Source of the DNA: Acidobacteriaceae bacterium
Lineage (GTDB): Bacteria > Acidobacteriota > Terriglobia > Terriglobales > Acidobacteriaceae
Reading direction: 5' to 3'
Assembly (NCBI GenBank): GCA_965276705.1
Contig: OZ255621.1
Span: 3,808,110-3,872,109 of the forward strand
Length of the DNA: 64,000 nt
A program made the position numbers and the translations under genes. Below the pieces are notes generated by a model that saw only the letters and a program-made list of their open reading frames with translations, did no database searches and was not told where the DNA came from. This document shows, piece by piece, positions 42,856 through 51,574 of the stretch (the first letter of the stretch is position 1; every line of letters begins with the position of its first letter).

Positions 42856-45800
42856 CTAGATCGTTTGCACCTTGCGAAACCGGTCCCGGGCTATTGCCTT
42901 AATAGTATGCGTCGGTGGTGCCCCCTTGTCAGGGCTTTCTTTCTCCAGATTTTCGATTTCGGTAACCAGTACGGAGATACTTTTGCTCTGGAAGAGCTGC
43001 TTTGCCGTCACCGGGATGCCGGCCTGCGTGGCCTGCGTGGTGATGCGGAAGATGGAAAGAGAGTCGCCGCCCAGTTCGAAGATACTGTCGTCGATCGAGA
43101 TCGCAGGTACATTGAGCACGCGGGTGAAGATGCCGACCAGCTGCTCCTCGAGCGGTGTGCGGGGCTGGGTGATGGCGCGTTCCCCAGAGCTGCGTTCAGT
43201 CTGCGGGGCGGGCAATGCGCGGTAGTCCACCTTGCCGTTCGCGGTGCGCGGGAAGGAAGGCAGCAGCAGGATGGCCTGGGGCTGCATATGCTCGGGAAGC
43301 TGCGTGCGCAGGTAGGCGCGTAGTTCGCGGGTGAGTTGAGTGGGCTCCATTCCGTTGCGCGGGATTGCGTAAAGCGCCAGCCGCTTGTCGCCGGGAACAT
43401 CCTCGGTGCTGTTCCAGTCGGCGCGGGCGTAAGCCACGGCGGCGCGGACCTCAGGGAACTGCTCGGCGGCATATTCGATCTCACCGAGTTCCACGCGATA
43501 GCCGCGGATCTTGATCTGCGCGTCACGCCGGCCTAGAAACTCAATGGTGCCGTCTGCGGTGTAGCGGGCCAGGTCTCCAGTGAGATACACGCGCTCGGTG
43601 ATGGGTTGGGACCCATGGGTCAGGGTCACATCGATGAACTTGGCAGCGGTGGTCTCGGGTGCATGCAGATACCCGATTGCAAGCCCGTCACCGGCGGCGC
43701 AGAGCTCCCCGGCGACGCCGATGGGAACCGGCCGCTGTGAGGCGTCAAGCAGGTAGACTCGCGTGTTCGCGATCGGACGGCCGATTGGGACGCTGCCGCG
43801 CTCGAGATCGTTCTGTTGAATCGTGTGGCAGCAGGTGAAGGTGGTGTTCTCCGTAGGCCCATAGCCGTTGACCAGGCGAAGACCCGGTGCTGCTTCGAGC
43901 AGAGTGCGGACATGTGCTACAGAGAGCACATCGCCACCGGCGAGGAGCTGCCGCAGCGGTTTGAGCGCGTCTAGGTGGTCCATCACCATCAAATGGAAGA
44001 GCGCCGCGGTGAGCCATACGGTGGTGATGCCGTGCTGCCGGATGGTTGCGCCGATCTCCTCCGGGGCCGGCTTCGCGCCGGGCATTAGCACCAGGCGGCC
44101 GCCATTCAGCAGTGCGCCCCAGATCTCGAAGGTGGAAGCGTCGAACGAGATTGGCGCAAGCTGCAGGATGACCTCATCGGGACCGAAGCGTGCGTAGTCT
44201 GTGTTGAGGACCAACCGGGTCACAGCACGCTGCGGCACTACCACACCCTTTGGTTTTCCCGTCGAACCGGAGGTGTAGATCATGTAGGCGGGAGCCGTTG
44301 CGGGGATTCTTGCCTGAGCGGAGGAGCTGGCCGAATCCAGCGACAGGTCCTCAAAGGCGACCGTCTTCACCGAGAAAGACGCAAACCGTTGCGCCAGCCG
44401 CCGTTGCGTAAGAAGGAGTTGCGGCCGGGCGTCATCCAGCAGCAAGGCAAGCCGTGCCTGCGGGTATTCCGGGTCGATCGGCACATACATGCCGCCAGCC
44501 TTCAATGTGCCCAGGATTGCAACGATCAGTTCCGGCGCACGCTCCATGCTGATGGCGACGCGCAGGCCATTTTCGGTGGCGACATGGCTGCTGTACTCCG
44601 TGGTGAGCCATGCAGCGAAGGCGTCCGAGCGGGTGTCGAGTTCGCGGTAGGTGAGCGAAGTTCCTTCAGCCACCAGCGCGGCAGCGTCGGGTGTGCGTAC
44701 AACCTGATCGCGAAATACCTGGGCGATGGAACTGTCGCGCGGGTAATCCCGCTCGGTCCGGTTCCAGGTGACGAGCATCTGCTCTAGATCGGCATCGGAG
44801 AGCAAACGCAATGCGCCGATCGGCCTGTCAGGGTTCGCGGCGGCATCGGTTGCCAATAGCTCCAGCGCGCCCACCCAGCGAGCAATGGTCTCGCGGTCGA
44901 AGAGGCTGGTGCTGTAGTCGCAGTCGAGCAGCAGGTCGTTGCCGCGATCGACGAAATTGAAGAACAGATCGGCGGAGGCGGCGGTTTTTGCGTTTGGGTC
45001 GAGCTGCGTCCTCAATCCGTCGAAGGACAATCGCGAGCCAACTTGCTCAAGGTTGAACTGAACCTCGGCCAGCGGCAGTCGAGAGGGGTCGCGGGCCATC
45101 TTCAACTGTTGGATGAGAGAAAACAGCGTATATTGCTGATGGTCAAGAGCATCGTATACGGAGCTTTGCACGTCGCCGGTCAGAGCAAGGAAGGGCTTGG
45201 TTGCATCGGCATGAATGCGCAGAGGCAGGAAGTTAACTGCATGACCGATAAAGCTCTTACCGGCAACTTCACGCTGGCCTGCCATGGGGACGCCGACGAC
45301 CAGGTCGTCCTGCCCGGTGAGGCGGCTGAGTAGTGTCGCATAGGTGCTCAGCAAGGTGACGAAAAGCGTTGTGCCGTTTGCCTGCGCACTGCTGCGCAAC
45401 CGGGCAAGCAGGTCGCCGGAAAAGAGGTGACGATAGGTGGCGCCGTCATGGGAGCGCAGTGCAGGGCGCGGCCGATCTGTCGGCAACTGCAGCGGCTCAG
45501 GCAGGGTGGTGTACTGCGATTGCCAGAACTCCGCGACGGCAGCGCCGTCGGCGGTGGAGCGGGCGTCGTGCTCCCCGCGTGCCTGCGTGAGCAGGGAGTG
45601 CGCGGGAAGCAGCTTGGCTGTGGTGCCGTTGCGGGCGGAAGAATAAAGCGCGCCCAGCTCCTCGAAGAGCACATTGATCGACCAGCCGTCGAGCACGATA
45701 TGGTGCGCGGTCAGAATCAGGTCGTGCCGTTCCGGCGACAGCTTGAGCAGGATGACGCGGACGAGCGGTCCTTGACCCTTAGGGCCGCCAAATAGATCGA

Positions 45801-48800
45801 ACGGTGTCGAGGCCTCGTCTTCGAGCAGCGCGATGCGGCGGACATGCTGCTCCTCGACGGAGAGCGCACTCCAGTCCTCTTCGCGAACGGGCAGGGTTGC
45901 GTCGGGCGAGATGTGGATGCGTTCGCCGTCGCGCGTGATCGTGAGCCGCAACGCCTCATGACGCGCCACCAGCGTATCGAGCGAGCGGAGCAGCGCATCG
46001 CGCTCGAGCGCGCCGTCCAAGTGCAGAGTGACCGATTCATTGAAGGCGCAGCTAGCCGCGGCATCGAGCTGCGAGGCCAGCAGAACCTCACGCTGCGGCT
46101 CGGTGATGGGTGCTTCTGCATCCGTGACGGGAGCGACAGCGCTCTCCGCGTGCGCGGCAACGGGCTGCTGCGTTCCGGTTGCAGGAAGGGCCTGACCGGT
46201 GCGCATGGCTTCAAGCGCGGTGCGGAAGCTGGCACGCACCGTCGCCAGATCGGCATCGGTGTGCGCCGTGGTGAGGAAGCAGGGAAAGCCCTCCTGCAGA
46301 TGGACCCCTTGCTCGCGCAGGTGGTAATAGATGAGCCGCGCCAGGCGCGATTCCATCGGCGAGGGGAAGAAGAACCACGACGCGAAGTTCTCGACGGGTG
46401 AAGGGAAGCCGTATTCCGCAAAGAGGCCGCGCAGATCGTCGGCGAGCGCGCTTGCTTTGTCGTTCAGTGCTGATTGGAGCGCCGGGCCTGCATCCTTCAG
46501 GTGCGTCAGCGCAGCTCGTACCGCGGCCATGGTCAGCGGATGACGCACGAAGGTGCCGGCAAAGAAGGTGACGCCGACCTGCGGGATGGAGTCGTCCCCG
46601 AAGCGCCAGCTGCCGCCGTCGAGCGCGTCCATATATGTGCGGCTGCCCGCCACAACGCCCACCGGCATTCCGCCGGCGACGACTTTGCCGTAGGTAGCCA
46701 TGTCGGCGCGGATGCCGAAGAGCGCCTGTGCGCCCCCGGGATGGGTGCGGAATCCCGTGACAACCTCATCGAAGACCAGCGCAGCGCCGGCATCTTCGGT
46801 GATAGTGCGCAGCTCGCGCAGGAATTCAACCGGGCGTAGCGCCGGATGGCGGCTCTGTACCGGTTCGACCAGTACGGCGGCGATCTCATCCTTGCGACGG
46901 CGGATGACCTCGAGTGCGGCGGGTGAGCCGTATTCAAGCACCAGCATGTTGTGCACGCTTTCGCGCGGGATGCCGGGCGCGGCCGGGATGGAGCGCTCGG
47001 CGCGCGTCGACTTCACCAGCACCTCGTCGATCATGCCGTGGTACGCGCCGGAGAAGAGCACGACCAGATCGCGGCCGGTCACGGTGCGAGCCAGCCGCAT
47101 CGCCGCCATTACCGCCTCGGAGCCGGTATTGCAGAACGACACGCGCTCCATGCCGGTCATGCCTGCGAGCAGTGCCGCACACTCCCCGGCTAGGTCGGTC
47201 TGCGGGCCGATGGGAAAGCCGAGTTCCAGTTGCGCCCGAACTGCGTCGGTTACGAATTTAGGGGAGTGGCCGAAGAGGATCGATCCGTAGCCGTTCAGAA
47301 TGTCGATGTAACGGTTGCCGTCCTTATCCCACAGGTAAGCGCCCTGGGCGCGCTCGACCACCAGCGGATAGACCATCTCCTTCCACTCGGGATGAAAGCC
47401 GGAGGCGACGCGCGGATCGGCGAGCACGTCACGATAGTCTTCGACGTGCTGCTTTGAGCCGGCGGTGCGCCGGTTATAACGCGCGATCAGTCCCGCGAGA
47501 TGTTCCTTCTGTACTCGATTGAGCGGGGCTTCCTGCCGCAGTTCGAGCGGCTTCAGCGGCACCATGGTGCCGAGTGTCGGCTCCGGAGCGGCACTTGCGG
47601 AGCCTGCCGGTGCGGTGTGGTGGGCCACGCTGGGAAGCGACTTGGCCAGGCTGACCGCGCCGGCGCGAGACGAGGGCGCTGTGGTGGGGACGGCTGCAAC
47701 GGACGTTGCAATGTGCACGGCAGGTTGTGCCGCACCACCTGCAGCCAGCACGGCAAGCTGCTGCTGCATAAGGTCGGCCATGGCCTGCATCTGCTGTGCG
47801 AAGAGGGCGGCGTAGTTGCCGGTTGCAACACTGCCCGCTGTAGCCGGCGCAGAGGTCGGGAGTGCCGGCATGTTCGGCGCCGCCGCGACCACTGGGGCAC
47901 CCGCCGGCGTAGGCGCGGGATGGGCGTGCGGACGCAGATGATCGGCCAGCGCGGCGAAGTTGCCGAACTCGCCCATGATCTGGCGGAAGGTGAGCTTGAC
48001 TCCGTAGCGGGCACGAATGGACTGCGTGAGCTGGGTCAGAAACAGCGAATCCAGACCAAGCTCGACAAAGGAGGTGGCGGCCGGGACACCGGAAAGATCC
48101 AGATCCGAGAGGTCGGCCACCATCGCCTTCAACTCGTCCAGAACAGAGTCGACAGCAGGAATGGCGTCATTGGCATGAGTTCCAGGGGAGATCAATGGCA
48201 TGTCGTTTCCTTGGCGTCCGGTCATAGCCGGGAGTGCCGCGTCCGAGTGTGTCGCCTGCTCTGTCGCGGTCTGCGGTCGATTGGCCGGTGCGCCGACGGG
48301 CGCGGGGGCATCGACCCAAAAACGCTTGCGTTGAAAGGGATAGGTAGGCAGCAGGATACGCCGGGGCTGCCTGCCTTCCCAAAAGTTGGTCCAAAGCGGC
48401 TCCAACCCCAGTGTGCTGAGCTTTGCCAGGGTAGGCAAGATGCCTGCCGTACTGAATGGGGTGACCGAAAGGGGAGCCGAAGACGACTCGACTGCATCGG
48501 GCGCACGCGCCGGATCGAGGCTTGTCAACACGCGCCCTGCATCGAGCGTGCCGGCCAATGTCTGGCGGATCGCTCCCTGTAGGTTGGGGACAGGGCTGAT
48601 TTCGAGAAAGATCGCATCGCCCGCCAGCGTAGCGTGGGCGACGCGGATTGTCTCGGCAAAGCGGACCGGCTCACGCGCCTGGCGTGGCCAGTCCCAATCG
48701 GCAAGCGTCTCTTCGGTAACAGAAGCGCCGGTGAAGCTGGAGACCCAGGGCAGCTGCGGCGCGACCGGTAGGAGCGTGGGCAATGCGGCGCGCAGCCCAT

Positions 48801-51075
48801 CGGCCACCGGATCCATGGCGCGACTATGGAAGCCGTGGGAGGTAACGAGACGCTTGGCGGCGATGCCTTGTGCGGTCAATGCTGCGGCGAAAACGTCAAT
48901 CTCATCGGACGGCCCGGAGACGGTGACCGCCTGCGGCGCGTTGATCGCAGCCAGATCGAGCGTCGCAGGTAGCAAGGCGCGGACGCGATCCTCGGTCGCG
49001 CGCACGGCAAGCATGGCGCCGGTGGGTTGTCCCTGCATGAGCCGGCCCCGCGCCGCGATCAAGGCCAGCGCATCTTCAAGTGAGAGCGAGCCCGCGATGG
49101 TGGCGGCGACGAACTCGCCGATGCTGTGGCCAAGTACCATGGAAGGCCGGATGCCCCAGGACTCCCAGAGCCGGGCAAGCGCATAGCAGACAGCAAAGAT
49201 GGCGGGCTGGGCGAGGCGGGTCTGATCGAGCCGGGTCTGGTGCGCCGCAGGGTCGCCGCCGGATGGATAGAGTGCAGCGGTGAGGGACTCGCCGAGCAGC
49301 GGCATCAGAATGCGGTTGCAGGCATCGAGTTCGCGACGGAAGACCGGCTCGCTCCGGTAGAGATCCCCGCCCATGTCGACGCGCTGGATTCCCTGGCCCG
49401 GGAAGACGAAGATCAAGCGCGGCGTCGAGAGCGCGGGTGTCGGGGTTGGCCGTTTCGACCGCAGCGCCGCGGCGGCGGCCAGAGGGTCGCCGGCGACGAC
49501 CGCATCGCGGAACGGCAGCCGAGCACGGCCCTCCGCCAACGTGAAAGCAATATCCGCCAAGTCTATTTCGGGATGCGTTTCGAGAAATGTCGCCAGACTC
49601 TGATGGATTTGGTCAAGCGCGTCTGGAGTGCGTGCCGATATAAGCAAAACTTGTCCAAAATTGTGAGGCTCGGACGCTTTATTCTTGTTTAGTTTACTCG
49701 TGTATTCCTCAACGATGATATGAGCGTTTGTGCCGCCGACGCCAAAGGCGCTGACTCCGGCACGCAAGGGCACGCCGGCGCTCGTTTCCCAGGCCATGGG
49801 CTCGGCTGAGAATCGATAGTCCACAGGACTGTCCGTGAGTTGACGAACGATCTCCGGATTGAGCGCCTCGAAGTGGGCGAGGCCGGGGATCTGCCGATGT
49901 CCGATCTGCAGCACCGTCTTGATGAGGCCAATAACCCCGCTCGCCACATCGAGATGCCCCAGATGCCCTTTGGCCGTGCCGACTGTGACGGCAGGGCGGG
50001 TGGACCGCGCTTCCTGCGCGAGGCGGGTTCGATAGGCGAGGTCAAGCCCGGCCATCTCAATGGGATCGCCGAGCGGCGTGCCAGTACCGTGTGCCTCGAT
50101 GTAGGTGACGGTCTCCGCCGCGACGCCGGCCATCTCCTGTGCCGCGACGATGACGTCGGCTTGGCCTGCAACGCTGGGCGCGGTGTAGGCGCCCTTGGCT
50201 GAGCCATCGTTATTGGTCGCGAAGCCGCGAATGACGGCGAGAACGGGGTCGCCGTCCGCCTCGGCATCTTCCAACCGTCGCAGAACGACCACACCCGCGC
50301 CTGCGCCGAAGACCGTTCCCTGGGCGCGATGGTCAAAGGGTCGGACGACGCCATCGACCGAGACGATACCGCCCTCCTCCGGCAGATAGCCGCGGTGCTG
50401 CGGGAAGGTGATCGAGATACCGCCGGCCAAGGCCATATCGCAGCCGTAGGTGAGCAGGCTTTGGCAGGCCTGCGCCACCGCAACCAGAGACGTGGAGCAG
50501 GCACTCTGCACGGTTACGCTCGGACCGCGCAGGTCCAGCTTCCAACTCACACGCGTGGGCAGAAAGTCCTTATCGTTGCCCATCATGGTGACGTAGGAGC
50601 CGGACTGATAGTCGGCGGTGAAGCGCTCCAGAAAGGCGCGATCGTGCGCGAGGTTATGCAACAGGTAGGTATTGAGAGCCGAACCGGCAAAGACACCGAT
50701 GGACTGCGTGCTGCGCCGAGGGTCGTGGCCCGCGCGTTCGAGCGCCTCCCAGCAAATTTCGAGGAAGAGACGGTGCTGCGGGTCCATCTGCTCGGCTTCC
50801 TTAGGGTAGATCCCAAAGAAGGCTGCATCGAACTGGTCCACGTCCTCTAACACCGAGCGGGCCGGCACATATCCGGGTTGGGCTGCGGTGGCGGCCGAAA
50901 CTTCCAGATCTTCCGGCGCGATCCGACGAACCGCCTGTTTACCGGCGATGAGATTGGCCCATAAGGCTTCTGGGGTTATGGCGCCAGGGAAGCGTCCAGC
51001 CATGGCAGTGATGGCGATGGCCGGTCCAGTGGCGGCGTGGGTATCTACCGCGGAGAGGGTAGGGTGCTCGTTCAC
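42856..51075 (-). CDS. Hybrid PKS-NRPS: KS-AT-ACP-aminotransferase-C-A-T
   Basis: 2739-aa single ORF. The GTG start overlaps the carrier-gene stop (GTGA at 51072-51075). Motifs are listed under the individual domains below. No KR, DH, ER or MT regions recognised. Confidence 0.95.
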   Translation of the reverse strand: MNEHPTLSAVDTHAATGPAIAITAMAGRFPGAITPEALWANLIAGKQAVRRIAPEDLEVSAATAAQPGYVPARSVLEDVDQFDAAFFGIYPKEAEQMDPQHRLFLEICWEALERAGHDPRRSTQSIGVFAGSALNTYLLHNLAHDRAFLERFTADYQSGSYVTMMGNDKDFLPTRVSWKLDLRGPSVTVQSACSTSLVAVAQACQSLLTYGCDMALAGGISITFPQHRGYLPEEGGIVSVDGVVRPFDHRAQGTVFGAGAGVVVLRRLEDAEADGDPVLAVIRGFATNNDGSAKGAYTAPSVAGQADVIVAAQEMAGVAAETVTYIEAHGTGTPLGDPIEMAGLDLAYRTRLAQEARSTRPAVTVGTAKGHLGHLDVASGVIGLIKTVLQIGHRQIPGLAHFEALNPEIVRQLTDSPVDYRFSAEPMAWETSAGVPLRAGVSAFGVGGTNAHIIVEEYTSKLNKNKASEPHNFGQVLLISARTPDALDQIHQSLATFLETHPEIDLADIAFTLAEGRARLPFRDAVVAGDPLAAAAALRSKRPTPTPALSTPRLIFVFPGQGIQRVDMGGDLYRSEPVFRRELDACNRILMPLLGESLTAALYPSGGDPAAHQTRLDQTRLAQPAIFAVCYALARLWESWGIRPSMVLGHSIGEFVAATIAGSLSLEDALALIAARGRLMQGQPTGAMLAVRATEDRVRALLPATLDLAAINAPQAVTVSGPSDEIDVFAAALTAQGIAAKRLVTSHGFHSRAMDPVADGLRAALPTLLPVAPQLPWVSSFTGASVTEETLADWDWPRQAREPVRFAETIRVAHATLAGDAIFLEISPVPNLQGAIRQTLAGTLDAGRVLTSLDPARAPDAVESSSAPLSVTPFSTAGILPTLAKLSTLGLEPLWTNFWEGRQPRRILLPTYPFQRKRFWVDAPAPVGAPANRPQTATEQATHSDAALPAMTGRQGNDMPLISPGTHANDAIPAVDSVLDELKAMVADLSDLDLSGVPAATSFVELGLDSLFLTQLTQSIRARYGVKLTFRQIMGEFGNFAALADHLRPHAHPAPTPAGAPVVAAAPNMPALPTSAPATAGSVATGNYAALFAQQMQAMADLMQQQLAVLAAGGAAQPAVHIATSVAAVPTTAPSSRAGAVSLAKSLPSVAHHTAPAGSASAAPEPTLGTMVPLKPLELRQEAPLNRVQKEHLAGLIARYNRRTAGSKQHVEDYRDVLADPRVASGFHPEWKEMVYPLVVERAQGAYLWDKDGNRYIDILNGYGSILFGHSPKFVTDAVRAQLELGFPIGPQTDLAGECAALLAGMTGMERVSFCNTGSEAVMAAMRLARTVTGRDLVVLFSGAYHGMIDEVLVKSTRAERSIPAAPGIPRESVHNMLVLEYGSPAALEVIRRRKDEIAAVLVEPVQSRHPALRPVEFLRELRTITEDAGAALVFDEVVTGFRTHPGGAQALFGIRADMATYGKVVAGGMPVGVVAGSRTYMDALDGGSWRFGDDSIPQVGVTFFAGTFVRHPLTMAAVRAALTHLKDAGPALQSALNDKASALADDLRGLFAEYGFPSPVENFASWFFFPSPMESRLARLIYYHLREQGVHLQEGFPCFLTTAHTDADLATVRASFRTALEAMRTGQALPATGTQQPVAAHAESAVAPVTDAEAPITEPQREVLLASQLDAAASCAFNESVTLHLDGALERDALLRSLDTLVARHEALRLTITRDGERIHISPDATLPVREEDWSALSVEEQHVRRIALLEDEASTPFDLFGGPKGQGPLVRVILLKLSPERHDLILTAHHIVLDGWSINVLFEELGALYSSARNGTTAKLLPAHSLLTQARGEHDARSTADGAAVAEFWQSQYTTLPEPLQLPTDRPRPALRSHDGATYRHLFSGDLLARLRSSAQANGTTLFVTLLSTYATLLSRLTGQDDLVVGVPMAGQREVAGKSFIGHAVNFLPLRIHADATKPFLALTGDVQSSVYDALDHQQYTLFSLIQQLKMARDPSRLPLAEVQFNLEQVGSRLSFDGLRTQLDPNAKTAASADLFFNFVDRGNDLLLDCDYSTSLFDRETIARWVGALELLATDAAANPDRPIGALRLLSDADLEQMLVTWNRTERDYPRDSSIAQVFRDQVVRTPDAAALVAEGTSLTYRELDTRSDAFAAWLTTEYSSHVATENGLRVAISMERAPELIVAILGTLKAGGMYVPIDPEYPQARLALLLDDARPQLLLTQRRLAQRFASFSVKTVAFEDLSLDSASSSAQARIPATAPAYMIYTSGSTGKPKGVVVPQRAVTRLVLNTDYARFGPDEVILQLAPISFDASTFEIWGALLNGGRLVLMPGAKPAPEEIGATIRQHGITTVWLTAALFHLMVMDHLDALKPLRQLLAGGDVLSVAHVRTLLEAAPGLRLVNGYGPTENTTFTCCHTIQQNDLERGSVPIGRPIANTRVYLLDASQRPVPIGVAGELCAAGDGLAIGYLHAPETTAAKFIDVTLTHGSQPITERVYLTGDLARYTADGTIEFLGRRDAQIKIRGYRVELGEIEYAAEQFPEVRAAVAYARADWNSTEDVPGDKRLALYAIPRNGMEPTQLTRELRAYLRTQLPEHMQPQAILLLPSFPRTANGKVDYRALPAPQTERSSGERAITQPRTPLEEQLVGIFTRVLNVPAISIDDSIFELGGDSLSIFRITTQATQAGIPVTAKQLFQSKSISVLVTEIENLEKESPDKGAPPTHTIKAIARDRFRKVQTI
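42940..43158 (-). other. Peptidyl carrier (T) domain (approximate borders)
   Basis: FELGGDSLSIFRI (Ser2672, codon 43060-43062). Confidence 0.85.
43261..44778 (-). other. Adenylation domain with all core motifs intact (approximate borders)
   Basis: LKAGGMYVPIDP, AYMIYTSGSTGKPKGV (about 44246-44278), FDAS (Asp codon 44140-44142), NGYGPTENT, GELCAAGDGLAIGY, YLTGDL, GRRDAQIKIRGYRVELGEIE, PRTANGKVDYRAL. Confidence 0.9.
44821..46113 (-). other. Condensation domain (approximate borders)
   Basis: LTAHHIVLDGWS (HHxxxDG at aa 1791-1797, nt 45685-45705). Confidence 0.85.
46201..47523 (-). other. Class III PLP-dependent aminotransferase domain, GSA-aminomutase-like (approximate borders)
   Basis: YLWDKDGNRYIDILNGYGSILFGHSP, FCNTGSEAVMAAMRLAR, LVFDEVVTGFR, MATYGKVVAGGMPVG (PLP Lys1464, codon 46684-46686). 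Confidence 0.85.
47932..48153 (-). other. ACP domain (approximate borders)
   Basis: FVELGLDSLFLTQL (Ser1010, codon 48046-48048). Confidence 0.85.
48526..49419 (-). other. Acyltransferase domain, malonyl-type motifs (approximate borders)
   Basis: FVFPGQGIQ, GHSIGEFVAA (Ser651, codon 49123-49125), and TSHGFHSRAM (HAFH-like rather than YASH). Confidence 0.85.
49711..51024 (-). other. Ketosynthase domain (approximate borders)
   Basis: DPQHRLFLEICWEALE. Active site VQSACSTSLVAV (Cys193, codon 50497-50499). EAHGTGTPLGD, KGHLGHLDVASG, GGTNAHIIVEE. Confidence 0.9.
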
Positions 51076-51461
51076 TGGTCCTCCTCCATGTTGGCGGGAG
51101 ACGCAGGACGCAGCCGTGCAAAGGCGGCGCGTTGGCGAGCGCCGCGGTCGATAGCGCTGCGGTTGGGAGCAGAAAGCGCCGGCTGATCGCGATATGTTTC
51201 GAATGGGGCAACCGCTGCACGCGGAACCGTCGGCGCCTGCGCGTAGCGGGTCAACAGGCGTGCGGTAGGAGCGGCAAAGATGGCGGAGGCGGGTATGTCG
51301 AGCACGCCGGCCGTTCGCAGTCGCGTGGCAAGCCGCGCCGCCAGCAGGGAACTACCGCCCGCCTCAAAGAAGTTCTGCTCCGGGCCGAGTTCCGGTGCCC
51401 CCAGAATCTGGCGGAAGACGGCCAGTACTTGGACCTCGCGCTCGATCTGCTGCACTGCCAT
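51072..51461 (-). CDS. Free-standing carrier protein (PCP/ACP-like) with a roughly 55-aa C-terminal extension
   Basis: 129 aa. NFFEAGGSSLLAARLATRL phosphopantetheine-site motif. AGGAG RBS 8 nt upstream of the ATG at 51461. Its stop overlaps the PKS start. Confidence 0.8.
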   Translation of the reverse strand: MAVQQIEREVQVLAVFRQILGAPELGPEQNFFEAGGSSLLAARLATRLRTAGVLDIPASAIFAAPTARLLTRYAQAPTVPRAAVAPFETYRDQPALSAPNRSAIDRGARQRAAFARLRPASPANMEEDQ

Positions 51462-51574
51462 CGGGGGACTCCTGTATTGCGGACGTCACCTACTCTACAA
51501 ACGAGGGCCGGGTCGGATATTGCTTCAACAACGTCCGCCGGCCATAAGCGCGGACGCTGGGAGAGAAGGGCGCG

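Noticed and set aside
43008-50850. Many 60-360-aa ORFs in other frames, for example 47500-48582, 48386-49186, 49689-50504 and 45717-46421.
   Set aside because: All lie inside the 2739-aa PKS-NRPS ORF, whose catalytic motifs are continuous in a single frame. They are GC-driven shadow ORFs.
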